55,521 bases of DNA from an uncultured Gimesia sp. (GTDB taxonomy: Bacteria > Planctomycetota > Planctomycetia > Planctomycetales > Planctomycetaceae): assembly GCF_937910335.1 (NCBI RefSeq), contig NZ_CALEMX010000207.1:1-55521 (forward strand), in the 5' to 3' direction. This document shows positions 10,513 through 19,945 of this stretch, piece after piece. Under the pieces are notes generated by a model. That model was not told where the DNA came from, ran no database searches, and saw nothing but the letters and a program-made list of their open reading frames with translations. Numbering within the stretch: the first letter of the stretch is position 1; every line of letters starts with the position of its first letter. Position numbers and translations under genes: made by a program.

Positions 10513-11519
10513 ACGACTCCCCTGCCCCTGATTCAAAGACTCTCAATGTCGACGTCCCACGGTCGGCGAGTCGGAATTTGATGTCTTCGCTGTTGCAATA
10601 TGCGGGACTCTCAGGTGTATTGGCGTTGCTGATTCTGATCTTCAGTCTGATGAGTACGAATTTTCTGACCGTACGCACGCTGACGTCGGTTGCCAATCAG
10701 ATTCCCGACCTGACAGTGATCGCTGTGGGGATGACGCTGGTATTGATCATTGGGGGCATCGATTTGTCGGTCGGTTCTCTGCTGGCATTATCATCGGCGG
10801 TGCTGGGTGTGTTTATGGTCGACTATGGGTGGCCGCTCTGGGCGGTAGTTCCCATCTGTTTGAGTGTCGGCGCATTCTGCGGCATGTTGAATGGTGTGAT
10901 CAGCGTGAAAGCGGGGATTCCGTCGTTTATTGTGACGCTGGGTATGCTGGAAATGGCGCGAGGCAGCGCGTATTTGATTACGGATTCTCAGACGAAATAC
11001 ATCGGCTCCTCCATCGAGTGGATTGGCGCGCCGATTAAAGGTTTCGCGTTTTCGCCGGTGTTTCTGTTGTCACTGGTGATTGTTGGGCTAGGTCAATTTC
11101 TACTGACGCGCACTGTTTTCGGCCGGTATTGCATTGCCATAGGTACGAATGCAGAAGCGGTGCGAATGTCGGGCATCAGGACGGCCCCGTATTCGATTAC
11201 CGTGTTCACAATCAGCGGCTTGCTGTGCGGGTTGGCGGGCATTATGCAGACCTCTCGGCTTTCAACAGCCGACCCGAACGCCGCCGTCGGTTTGGAACTG
11301 GCGGCCATTGCTGCGTGCGTGATAGGCGGTACCAGCTTAATGGGGGGGCGTGGCTCGGTGATTAACACTTTCTTTGGTGTGTTGATTATCGCTGTTCTAC
11401 AAACGGGTCTGGCTCAGGTTGGTGCCAGTGATCCGATTAAACGTGTGATTACGGGGGCGGTGATTATTGTTGCTGTGTTATTAGACGCGGCCCGGCAACG
11501 GTGGAAACGTGGTGGGTGA
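10509..11519 (+). CDS. rbsC: Sugar ABC transporter permease
   Basis: GGIDLSVG, IPSFIVTLG and ELAAIAACVIGGTSLMGGRG motifs. Confidence 0.9.
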   Translation: MNDSPAPDSKTLNVDVPRSASRNLMSSLLQYAGLSGVLALLILIFSLMSTNFLTVRTLTSVANQIPDLTVIAVGMTLVLIIGGIDLSVGSLLALSSAVLGVFMVDYGWPLWAVVPICLSVGAFCGMLNGVISVKAGIPSFIVTLGMLEMARGSAYLITDSQTKYIGSSIEWIGAPIKGFAFSPVFLLSLVIVGLGQFLLTRTVFGRYCIAIGTNAEAVRMSGIRTAPYSITVFTISGLLCGLAGIMQTSRLSTADPNAAVGLELAAIAACVIGGTSLMGGRGSVINTFFGVLIIAVLQTGLAQVGASDPIKRVITGAVIIVAVLLDAARQRWKRGG

Positions 11520-11542
11520 GCTGGTGTTGGTGTGGTTTTTTG

Positions 11543-11645
11543 CTACCACGAAAAGCATGAACAGATTGTGTTGTTGAGAGTTGGATCTCATCACTGTTGG
11601 CAAGTATTTAGACCGGGCACATGACACAAGCCAACATCGCCACCC
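11543..11645 (+). repeat. Composite REP-like repeat, copy A (22-bp insert in the hairpin loop)
   Basis: CTACCACGAAA...GAACAGATTGTGTTGTTG...CACTGTTGGCAAG[TATTTAGACCGGGCACATGACA]CAAGCCAACATCGCCACCC. Confidence 0.85.
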
Positions 11646-11728
11646 ACGAGGAAGTCTCTCATCAATTTTTATGAGATCTTTGGGATTTCGCGACTATTCC
11701 ATAATATTGTTTGTATATTAAGATTGTG

Positions 11729-11737
11729 TGTTATAAT
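11729..11737 (+). promoter_or_regulatory. Extended -10 promoter element upstream of the two-gene islet
   Basis: TG-T-TATAAT exact match in AT-rich intergenic DNA. Confidence 0.5.
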
Positions 11738-11912
11738 GTCTACTAACATTAGTTGAGGCAGTTATTCGGGACAAATTATTATTGAAAGCTATTTGCTTTT
11801 TTTATGGTGGATGAGCCATTTGACTTGATTCCAGGGATATAAAGCAATGGGACGGATCAGCATTGGGTTCATTAGATTACAAGTGTTCGTTTTATTACTT
11901 TGGAGATCGCTC

Positions 11913-12599
11913 ATGGCTCGACACTCCTACTTTCTGATATTGCTGTTGGTTGTCGCAACTGGATGTACCAGAGGAGAAGTTGAAAAGGGGAAAAAATTTG
12001 TCAAGTTTCCCTGGCCACCGCCCAAAGCGTCTGCGCAGAGTCTCATCCCTAACTCGTATTTTGAAAACGAGTCGGACCAAGTTCTCCTGGTCAAGGACAT
12101 TGACCAAAAAATTTGTGATGCTCTGACGGCACAAGGTTATTCTGCGCGCAGCTATTTCGCGGTTCCGGGTGGCTTTGCCCTGGTGACGCGACTGGAACAA
12201 TTCGATGAAGATGGAAAATCGAAAGCACCTCCCGATCGCTGGGTCACTGATACGAGACCGATGCGCGACTTTTCTCTGGGAGCCTACATCCGGGCTTTAT
12301 TCACCGCGAGTCCGGGGTATTACCGGATCATTGTTTTTATCGTAACGCCGGTTCTGTTTGATCAGACAGATCAGGAGGTGAGCCGGGATGAAGCGATGGC
12401 ATGGTTGAGGAGCGGTTTAAATAATTTGCCCGACAATGTAGGCGCGCAGGAATATACTCAGAGCCAAGTATGCACGGCTTTGATTTATGAATTCAAGCAG
12501 CCCGAGAAAGGAACTGAGGCAAAACTGAGCGAGTCGGGACAGTTTTCCGGCATTGAGCATTTGACAAATGCGGGTCTGCTTGCGGAATTGAAGAAATAA
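11913..12599 (+). CDS. Hypothetical lipoprotein (FPWPPP...GGFALVTRLEQ domain)
   Basis: GGAGA RBS, then MARHSYFLILLLVVATGC lipobox; clean 228-aa frame. Confidence 0.8.
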   Translation: MARHSYFLILLLVVATGCTRGEVEKGKKFVKFPWPPPKASAQSLIPNSYFENESDQVLLVKDIDQKICDALTAQGYSARSYFAVPGGFALVTRLEQFDEDGKSKAPPDRWVTDTRPMRDFSLGAYIRALFTASPGYYRIIVFIVTPVLFDQTDQEVSRDEAMAWLRSGLNNLPDNVGAQEYTQSQVCTALIYEFKQPEKGTEAKLSESGQFSGIEHLTNAGLLAELKK

Positions 12600-12642
12600 A
12601 TCATTCAGGTGGCAAATGTAATCAGGACTGAAAGGGGCAGAG

Positions 12643-13122
12643 ATGACCGACCGTATCTTGCTTGCCAAAGCCCGCTGGGGGCTTTCGAAAATCTGGTTTA
12701 GCTGGGGGGGAATGCTCTTCACGATTATTGTGTTGCAGTCGATTTTCGGCAGGTACGGTGAACAGGTCAAAGAAGCATGGTCCTGGTTCATTCCCACGAT
12801 CATTCCTACCATCGCTTTAATGATGGGTGTGCTCGGTGCGGAAGCGATGCTCAGCGGCGACGATGTTCGTAATGTCAAAAAGAACTTTTACACGATCACC
12901 TGGTGGCTTTCCTTTGGATATCTGCTGATTCTTTCGATTACAATTTTGCTGGAGCCCTTCGCACCGATGAATGCCATCGAACTCTATCTGATATCTAACT
13001 TTTGGCTCTCGCCACTCCAGGGGATTGTGGGAGGGGCAATTGCGCTGTTGTTTACCTCACAACGAACAGAGGCTCCTCCCGAAGTACCGCCGCCCGTTGC
13101 GCAAGAGCCGTCAGATCAATAA
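12643..13122 (+). CDS. Hypothetical four-helix membrane protein
   Basis: Four hydrophobic segments, WSWFIPTIIPT motif, Pro-rich tail; AAGGGG RBS. Confidence 0.8.
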   Translation: MTDRILLAKARWGLSKIWFSWGGMLFTIIVLQSIFGRYGEQVKEAWSWFIPTIIPTIALMMGVLGAEAMLSGDDVRNVKKNFYTITWWLSFGYLLILSITILLEPFAPMNAIELYLISNFWLSPLQGIVGGAIALLFTSQRTEAPPEVPPPVAQEPSDQ

Positions 13123-13236
13123 TGCAAACAACCGAATCCGATTGATGACGCGTTTTGGTCATCAGACAAATAACAGCTTAGATGAGTGTTAGCCCTGTAT
13201 CCGAACGATACAGCGCGCCGGCAGTGCTGCCCTGCA

Positions 13237-13405
13237 CCGACCCGAACGCAACAATCGGTCTGGAACTGGCGGCGATTGCGGTGCTGCGACAGCCTTGGTA
13301 TAGATCGGGGCGACCGATCCGATCAAACGTGTGATTCCAGGCGCGGTGAATATTGTGGCGGTGCTGTTGGACGCGGCACGGCAGCGGTGGAAACGTGGCG
13401 GGTGA
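13237..13405 (+). pseudogene. Degenerate second copy of the rbsC 3' end
   Basis: Matches 11269-11519 with an internal deletion of about 27 codons. The last 90 bp encode DPIKRVIPGAVNIVAVLLDAARQRWKRGG* versus DPIKRVITGAVIIVAVLLDAARQRWKRGG* in rbsC. Confidence 0.92.
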
Positions 13406-13417
13406 GTTGGTTTGTTT

Positions 13418-13490
13418 CTACCACGAAATGACACGAACGGTTGTGTTTTTGGTGGCTGGATTTCACCACTGTTGGCAAGCCAACAGTGGT
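13418..13490 (+). repeat. Composite REP-like repeat, copy B; perfect hairpin that may double as terminator between convergent genes
   Basis: CTACCACGAAATGACACGAACGGTTGTGTTTTT...ACCACTGTTGG-CAAG-CCAACAGTGGT. Confidence 0.88.
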
Positions 13491-13505
13491 TACTGACTTC
13501 GTGTA

Positions 13506-15776
13506 TTATTCTCCGGGATGATAGGAGTGGGTTGTGTTCTTTTTGATTTCGTCCCTATTGAACCAGGCTGGTTTGAACATTCCCTGGGCGTAGAGGGGGG
13601 CCTGATCCAGATAGTGTGGTGATTTTGGATTGGTACTTTGTCCAAAGGGGACGATTGATTTGGCTTTGATTCCCTGGGGATCGAATTCGATGACGCTAAC
13701 ATAGGAGTGGCCGTGATAGCCATATCTTTGTTTTGATCCGGGGATCTCACGGGAGAGGTAGGTGAAAACCATGCCTACGCGTGGATGGCCGCCGGCGAGC
13801 GGAAAGCTCTTGCCTGTGTCACCCGCAAATTGGCCGTTGTTGTTGGGGCGTTGATGCCGAAAGAGTTTGCCATATTCAATCTGCCAATCGTCAAATTTGT
13901 TTTCCAGATTATTTTTGACCGCATTCAAGATTTCCAGCGTGGCAATATTGTTCGATTGTTTTTGCTGCAGCCGATGCCCCATTTTTTCGTACCATAAATG
14001 AAAGAGCGTTGATGCGACAGAGTCTTGACGGCATTGATGGTCCCATTTCTGGAGCTCTTTGACTAATGGTTTTACATCCGAGCCCAGCTGCGCCTGCTGT
14101 TTGTTCGGGTTGTTTGTTTCTAGCGACTTGAGTGCTTTGGATATCATGGGAATCCACTTGCGGGCTTCATTGACGTGTGTGTCCCAGGCGGCGGCAGTCC
14201 ATTGGTCAAAGGTGAACTTGTCGTTGCCTGATAATATCTTTTTCGATATGGCAACGCGGTTGTTGTCTTGATCCCGATGACCTAAATAACGGGGGAAATC
14301 TGTTTTGCGTGGGTTTATCTTATTAGTCGTCGTTGAGAAAGGGGACGAATTGCAGTTCTGCATCCAGCCACTTTTGGGGTTAAGTACCTGCGGTAATTCC
14401 GCGATGGCGTGGTAGCCCGACCATTCGGTTGCAGAGGTGTCGCCGGGTACGGGTTTGCTCCAGTCGAAGGTTGGGTCGCGGCGCGGTGTTGCCGAGTTGT
14501 AGAGATACCAGGTGTTTCCTTTCACATCGGCATACATGATGTTATGGAAGACCAGCCCCTGTTTGGAAATGGCAGACTGAAATTCGGTTCGATTCGATGC
14601 TTTTGCCATTTCGTAGAATTGTTTTTGCAGCCCCCCTTCCCGAATCCTGGCTGTGCGAACGGCATAGCCTTTTTTGTCGGAAAGAATCAAAACGGGGCCA
14701 TGGTGAGTTTTCAGGCATGTGATTTCGCGATCAATGAGTTTGCCATTTGCCTGTTTGATTTTAATGGTTTCGTTCCATGATGCTGCTTTCAGCCATTGAT
14801 CGTTGTAGCGATACTTCAGGGGGTCAGTCGGATGGTCGAACGATTCAATATAGACATCGACGATATCCGGGTAGTTTACTGTCAGGCTCCAGCCCAGGTT
14901 TTCGTTATGGCCGGCAAAGGGAAACAGGAAGCTTCCGTAGGCGAAACCTCCCGAAATATTAAGTCCCGTTTCGCTGCGTAGATGCCCTTCGTAGACTTCG
15001 TTAAGGGGGATATGCGGGTTGATGAACAGCATGGCATTTCCCGTAGCACTGCGATCGGGGCTAATGGCCCACATGTTTGAGCCATCCCGCTCGGATTTTG
15101 GTTTAGGAGGGGGCAGTTTCTGTTCGTTTCGTTTCTGCTCGTTTGTTTTTTTTAATTTTGCAGCCTCCTGTTTTGCGATTGCTATCAGATATTTGTATTC
15201 CGGGCTCATATTCAATGAAGAAAGATTCATTGTGCGGCCTGCGGCTAATACGTGCCAGGGTTCGAACGGAGTGATCAACACCGGTTGTTCTTGTGGGTGA
15301 TTCGCGACGTAGAAATTAAGCGCGTCCGAATAGGCGATCAAGATTTCTTTAAATTCATCGTCGGACGCTGCGAATTCAGCTTGGGAGTGTTTGGAAACTT
15401 CGTTCAGTCGATTGAGACGGTCTGATAAAAATCTTCCTGGCCCCACCAATTCTGAAAGGCGGCCCATCCCGCTGAGCAGGCTCTTTTGTATTTTTTGAAA
15501 TTCGTCTTCCGCCCTGGCATAGGTGAATCCGAAAACGACGCTGGCGTCGGTGGGGCCTGTCACGTGGGGTACGCCGTAGGTGTCTCTGTGAATTGTGGTT
15601 TTCTGTGCCAGTAGTCTGGCTCGTTCCAGACTTTGCTGCAGCGAAATTGTGTGAGGATCTTTTTCTGCGTCTACGGGCTTGTTTTCAACTGCTGCGACAA
15701 AAGACGTAAAGGTGAAGCAGTAGAATAAAACGATCAGTCGAAAAGTACATTTAATATTTCTTTGAAGTTCTTGCAT
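13506..15776 (-). CDS. Penicillin acylase family Ntn-hydrolase (acyl-homoserine-lactone/glutaryl-7-ACA acylase-like)
   Basis: Signal peptide, [18 protein letters not shown] (beta-chain N-terminal Ser), [24 protein letters not shown]. Confidence 0.92.
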   Translation of the reverse strand: MQELQRNIKCTFRLIVLFYCFTFTSFVAAVENKPVDAEKDPHTISLQQSLERARLLAQKTTIHRDTYGVPHVTGPTDASVVFGFTYARAEDEFQKIQKSLLSGMGRLSELVGPGRFLSDRLNRLNEVSKHSQAEFAASDDEFKEILIAYSDALNFYVANHPQEQPVLITPFEPWHVLAAGRTMNLSSLNMSPEYKYLIAIAKQEAAKLKKTNEQKRNEQKLPPPKPKSERDGSNMWAISPDRSATGNAMLFINPHIPLNEVYEGHLRSETGLNISGGFAYGSFLFPFAGHNENLGWSLTVNYPDIVDVYIESFDHPTDPLKYRYNDQWLKAASWNETIKIKQANGKLIDREITCLKTHHGPVLILSDKKGYAVRTARIREGGLQKQFYEMAKASNRTEFQSAISKQGLVFHNIMYADVKGNTWYLYNSATPRRDPTFDWSKPVPGDTSATEWSGYHAIAELPQVLNPKSGWMQNCNSSPFSTTTNKINPRKTDFPRYLGHRDQDNNRVAISKKILSGNDKFTFDQWTAAAWDTHVNEARKWIPMISKALKSLETNNPNKQQAQLGSDVKPLVKELQKWDHQCRQDSVASTLFHLWYEKMGHRLQQKQSNNIATLEILNAVKNNLENKFDDWQIEYGKLFRHQRPNNNGQFAGDTGKSFPLAGGHPRVGMVFTYLSREIPGSKQRYGYHGHSYVSVIEFDPQGIKAKSIVPFGQSTNPKSPHYLDQAPLYAQGMFKPAWFNRDEIKKNTTHSYHPGE

Positions 15777-16062
15777 AGCGTTGATCCATCTAGTGCGCTC
15801 CCTGTTTCAGTATGATAAAGAGTACTCTACTTTATAAAAAACAGTTTCGAAAATTCAATAGAATCTGGAATTATCTTGAATTGATCAGATTAACGGAGTC
15901 CATTCATCGTCCCGAAATGTTCTGGCTATTACAATTCTTTGCTCATAGAATAGTCTTTGGATATTTGCAGGGTATTACAAACGGTTGTTTGCAGAACAAA
16001 ATTCCCCGTTCATTCTTTTTCTGTAGATGTAGTGATTCATCACGTGGCAAGGAACTTTTAAA

Positions 16063-16635
16063 ATGTTTACACTTGATTTAGCACAATTGACACCCGAGCA
16101 GCGGGCGATGGTTGAATTATGGGAATCGCATTTGGATGCCGAGTTTGATAGCAAAGATGCTGTCGCCTCTTGCGGCACGATGACTGAAGCTCCCTATGTG
16201 AATCATGTGCCTACGTTGACGGGTGGACTGGGGCGGGAGCAGCTTCTTCATTTTTATAGCAACTATTTCATTCCGCATATGCCGTCTGATATGGAGACAG
16301 AGCTGATCTCACGAACTGTCGGGCAGAACCGTATTGTGGATGAGTTCGTGAGTCGTTGCACGCACACCGTCCAAATGGACTGGTTATTGCCCGGCGTACC
16401 TGCGACAGGACGACGATTAGAAATTGTACTTGTGGTGATTGTGACTTTCGAGGAGGGAAAGATGAGTTCGGAACACATTCATTGGGATCAGGCTTCTGTG
16501 TTGGTACAGGCTGGTTTAATCGATCCTGCGAATCTCCCGGTTTCTGGTGCCGAGGCAGCCCGGAAGATGCTCGACCGTAATTCTGTGCCCTCGAATCTGT
16601 TGATCAAACGCACGATTGCGGATGATCTGCTTTAG
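16063..16635 (+). CDS. SnoaL/NTF2-like ester cyclase family protein
   Basis: PYVNHVPTLTGGLG, WLLPGVPATGR and EHIHWDQASVL motifs. Confidence 0.85.
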   Translation: MFTLDLAQLTPEQRAMVELWESHLDAEFDSKDAVASCGTMTEAPYVNHVPTLTGGLGREQLLHFYSNYFIPHMPSDMETELISRTVGQNRIVDEFVSRCTHTVQMDWLLPGVPATGRRLEIVLVVIVTFEEGKMSSEHIHWDQASVLVQAGLIDPANLPVSGAEAARKMLDRNSVPSNLLIKRTIADDLL

Positions 16636-16693
16636 TCACGCCAATCCCGTTTTGACTTTCCACACTGGAAAAATTTTCCCCGGAGTCACTCAA

Positions 16694-19099
16694 ATGCAAT
16701 CTCAACTCCCTGTTTGCGATGACAAAGCTTTGGAGATTCGCCGAGTTTCCTCAATCAAAAACCAGATCCTCATGTGGGCCTGCGGTCTGTGGATGGTATT
16801 TGTATTTCAAGGGCATGCCAGCGCCGGGGAACAGGTATTACCGGGGACAAAACTGCTCAAGTGGAATGAGACGACATTGCCAGACCGGTTGATGGACGGG
16901 GCGCACCGATTCATCGAGCGAAAAATTGAAGCAGCGGCTAGCTATCGACGTCAATACTGGCCCGGTGAAAATGCGGGAGCCGACGTTTGGAAAAAGGCCA
17001 TCGAAGAAAATCGCGATCATCTGCGGACACTCATCGGCGCCGTTGAAGAGCGGCTCCCCTCTGAGATGGAGTATTTCGGCAATACCGCAGAGGGTGTTGT
17101 TGTTTATGCGTCTGATGATTTCCGTGTCACACAAGTCCGCTGGCCCGTGGTCGATGATGTTTTCGGCGAAGGTTTACTGATAACGCCGAAAGCGGCCGCT
17201 GTTGCCTCAACGATTTTGATTCCCGATGCAGATCAGACGCCGGAACAATTGCTGGGTATGATCAAAGGGGGGGCTACCGATCCTCTAGCCGTGCGGCAGT
17301 TGATTGCTAACAACGTCAAGGTACTGATTCCCACACTCGTCAGTCGAGCAAAATTTGGTTTCGATAATCCAAGGCTGAAACGCGCCGATCAAACCAATCG
17401 CGAGTGGATCTATCGACAGGCATTCCAGATGGGTCGACATATCATTGGATACGAAGTGCTGAAAGTGCAGTCGGCCATTGACTGGCTGGAAGCACAACAA
17501 AAATTGCAAGCGGCGGAAACTCCGATTGGTGTCGCCGGTTACGGGGAAGGCGCGCTGATCGCGTTTTATGCCTCAGCCATCGACACACGCATCGATGTCA
17601 CTCTTGTTAGTGGCTATTTTGATTCACGCGAAGCAGTGTGGTCCGAACCCATATATCGAAATATCTGGAGTCTGCTCAAACGCTTCGGAGATGCCGAAAT
17701 CGCGTCGCTCATTTTGCCGCGTAAATTGATTATCGAACATAGCGAATCGCCTACGATTACTGGCCACAAAGGGGATTGGAAAACGCCCCCGCTGAATCGT
17801 GTCAAACAGGAAGTTGCTCGAATTCGATTGCCAGCTGGCACGGCTCGCCCCACGTTGATTCAAGGAAAACCGGGAACCACAACCAAACCGTTCTCAACTG
17901 GCGCCATGCAGGTCTTTCAGGACGAGTTGGGAGTTCAACAGACGAAACAACCGGTGGCTCCTTTGACTGACCAGCGTATCGCTTTTCAATCAGACAAACG
18001 ACAGCAACGCACTGTAGAGCAAATCGAAGACCACGTTCAGGAGCTTGTAAGAAAGTCGGTCACGGTTCGAGACAAATTCATGCTTTATGAATTAATGCCG
18101 GAATTTAAGAATCAGCGTTGGGGTACGCAAAAAAGTCTGCCCGTTCACGATCCCAAAAAGTTTATCGAAGGCAGCAAAGAATTTCGACGTCGTTTCTATC
18201 AGGACGCCATCGGCCAATTCGATCAACCATTCCTGCCCCCCAACGCGCGAACTCGAATTGTGAAAGAAACTGACAAGTGGATCGCCTATGATGTTGTGCT
18301 GGATGTATTCGATGACCTGATCGCCTGGGGCGTGCTGGTTGTGCCGAAAGATTTAAAACCGGGTGAGAAGCGACCCGTGGTGGTCTGTCAGCATGGTCGT
18401 AACGGGATTCCACGTGATACGATTGACACACAGAAGACCGCCTACAGCGACTTTGCGGCAAAGTTAGCCGAACGTGGATTTATCACTTTCTCGCCACATA
18501 ATCTGTATCGCGGCGAAGATCGTTATCGTTGGCTGGATCGCAAGGCGAATACTGTTGGCTGTTCGTTGTTTTCATTCATAGTCGCACAGCATGACCAGAT
18601 TTTACGCTGGCTCGACAGTCTGCCCTTCGTGGACGGTGATCGGATTGCGTTTTACGGATTGAGTTATGGGGGCGAAACAGCGGTCCGTGTGCCGACGATT
18701 CTGGAAAAATATTGTCTCTCAATTTGTTCCGGCGATTTCAATCAGTGGACTCGCAAGATCGCCTCCACCGAACACCCTTTTAGTTTTATGTGGTCGATAG
18801 AATGGGAAATGCCTTATTGGAATCTGGGACATACATTTGACTACGCCGAGATGACTTACCTGATGCTGCCCCGTCCGTTTATGGTCGAACGCGGACATCA
18901 TGACCGAGTCGGCCTGGATGAGTGGGTCGCGCATGAATTTGCCCGAGTCCGCTGGCTCTACGCGCAATTTGGACTCGCCGACCGTGTCGACATTGAATTT
19001 TTTCAGGGCGGACACAGTATCAGAGGCCAGGGCTCATTCGCATTTTTACACAAGCACCTGAACTGGCCGGAGCCTACAGAACAAACAAAGTCAGAGTAA
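16694..19099 (+). CDS. Tandem alpha/beta-hydrolase (dienelactone hydrolase/acetylxylan esterase-like) protein
   Basis: The C-terminal domain has PVVVCQHG, a GLSYGG nucleophile elbow and GGH; the N-terminal domain has GYGEG with no Ser. Confidence 0.82.
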   Translation: MQSQLPVCDDKALEIRRVSSIKNQILMWACGLWMVFVFQGHASAGEQVLPGTKLLKWNETTLPDRLMDGAHRFIERKIEAAASYRRQYWPGENAGADVWKKAIEENRDHLRTLIGAVEERLPSEMEYFGNTAEGVVVYASDDFRVTQVRWPVVDDVFGEGLLITPKAAAVASTILIPDADQTPEQLLGMIKGGATDPLAVRQLIANNVKVLIPTLVSRAKFGFDNPRLKRADQTNREWIYRQAFQMGRHIIGYEVLKVQSAIDWLEAQQKLQAAETPIGVAGYGEGALIAFYASAIDTRIDVTLVSGYFDSREAVWSEPIYRNIWSLLKRFGDAEIASLILPRKLIIEHSESPTITGHKGDWKTPPLNRVKQEVARIRLPAGTARPTLIQGKPGTTTKPFSTGAMQVFQDELGVQQTKQPVAPLTDQRIAFQSDKRQQRTVEQIEDHVQELVRKSVTVRDKFMLYELMPEFKNQRWGTQKSLPVHDPKKFIEGSKEFRRRFYQDAIGQFDQPFLPPNARTRIVKETDKWIAYDVVLDVFDDLIAWGVLVVPKDLKPGEKRPVVVCQHGRNGIPRDTIDTQKTAYSDFAAKLAERGFITFSPHNLYRGEDRYRWLDRKANTVGCSLFSFIVAQHDQILRWLDSLPFVDGDRIAFYGLSYGGETAVRVPTILEKYCLSICSGDFNQWTRKIASTEHPFSFMWSIEWEMPYWNLGHTFDYAEMTYLMLPRPFMVERGHHDRVGLDEWVAHEFARVRWLYAQFGLADRVDIEFFQGGHSIRGQGSFAFLHKHLNWPEPTEQTKSE

Positions 19100-19229
19100 T
19101 CAGTACGGGTGCCACTGTCGGCTTGTTATTTAGACCGGACACAGCATTAGAGGCCAGGGCTCATTTGCATTTTTACACAAACACCTGAACTGGCCGGAGC
19201 CTACAGAACAAACAAAGTCAGAGTAATCA
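19009..19229 (+). repeat. 94-bp direct repeat of the gene 3' end (19009-19102 / 19136-19229) separated by a half REP-like element (copy E)
   Basis: 90/94 identical; 33-bp spacer GTACGGGTGCCACTGTCGGCTTGTTATTTAGAC. Confidence 0.95.
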
Positions 19230-19411
19230 TCGTTGATAATGATATTCAGACTGGTCTCTTTTTCTCTCTGCCTGTCGGATTGTGAAGGAGCATGTAGCAG
19301 ATTTTCGTAAAAATTTGGTTGATTCTTATTTATTTCAAATTTAGACGTTAAATGGGAACTGAATCTGGAAATACTCTATGATGAAGCGAAAATAGATTAG
19401 GAGCGACTGAG

Positions 19412-19945
19412 ATGTCAGACGGCAATCAAGATCACCATCAGCAATTTCTTCGTGCATTCACAACGCACGAGCCTGCTGTACGTGCGTTTGTGCGTCGGCT
19501 GGTTCCCACGCGGGCGGATGCAGACGATATTTTGCAGGAAGTTGCGATTGTACTTTGGGAGAAGTATGAAGAGTTTCATGAGGGTGAAGACTTCAAAGCA
19601 TGGGCGTGTGGCATTGCCCGGTACAAAGTACTCTCCTGGCTGCGTGACAAGGGACGCGATCGACTTGTATTGAACACGGAAGTTGTGGAATTGATCGCGA
19701 AGGAGTCATTGCGTGATGAATCGCAGCTTCATCAACAACGGATTGCTCTGGAGTCCTGTTTAGAAAAAGTCCCGCCGGCTGATCGTTATTTACTGGCGCA
19801 AGCCTATCAGTCAGATGCGAAGATTCAGGATATCGCAGAGACGAGCGGTCGCTCTGTGGGTGGATTTTACCAGTGGTTGTATCGCATGCGACAAATGTTG
19901 CTGGATTGTATCCATCGAAATATTGCACAGGAGTCGTCGATATGA
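19412..19945 (+). CDS. ECF sigma-70 factor (planctomycete/verrucomicrobial type)
   Basis: [19 protein letters not shown] and a region-4 HTH ending L.DCI. Confidence 0.92.
   Translation: MSDGNQDHHQQFLRAFTTHEPAVRAFVRRLVPTRADADDILQEVAIVLWEKYEEFHEGEDFKAWACGIARYKVLSWLRDKGRDRLVLNTEVVELIAKESLRDESQLHQQRIALESCLEKVPPADRYLLAQAYQSDAKIQDIAETSGRSVGGFYQWLYRMRQMLLDCIHRNIAQESSI

Noticed and set aside
13186-13434. 81-aa ORFs on both strands
   Set aside because: The region is the decayed rbsC 3' copy read out of frame or antisense.
15812-16081. 89-aa ORF in the divergent intergenic region
   Set aside because: It is AT-rich promoter-like DNA that overlaps the next gene start and has no protein-like features.
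19009-19229. CRISPR mini-array or DGR template/variable repeat interpretation of the 94-bp repeat
   Set aside because: There are only two long units and no cas or reverse transcriptase gene. Three of the four mismatches are C/T changes, so they are not adenine-specific, and all four are silent.
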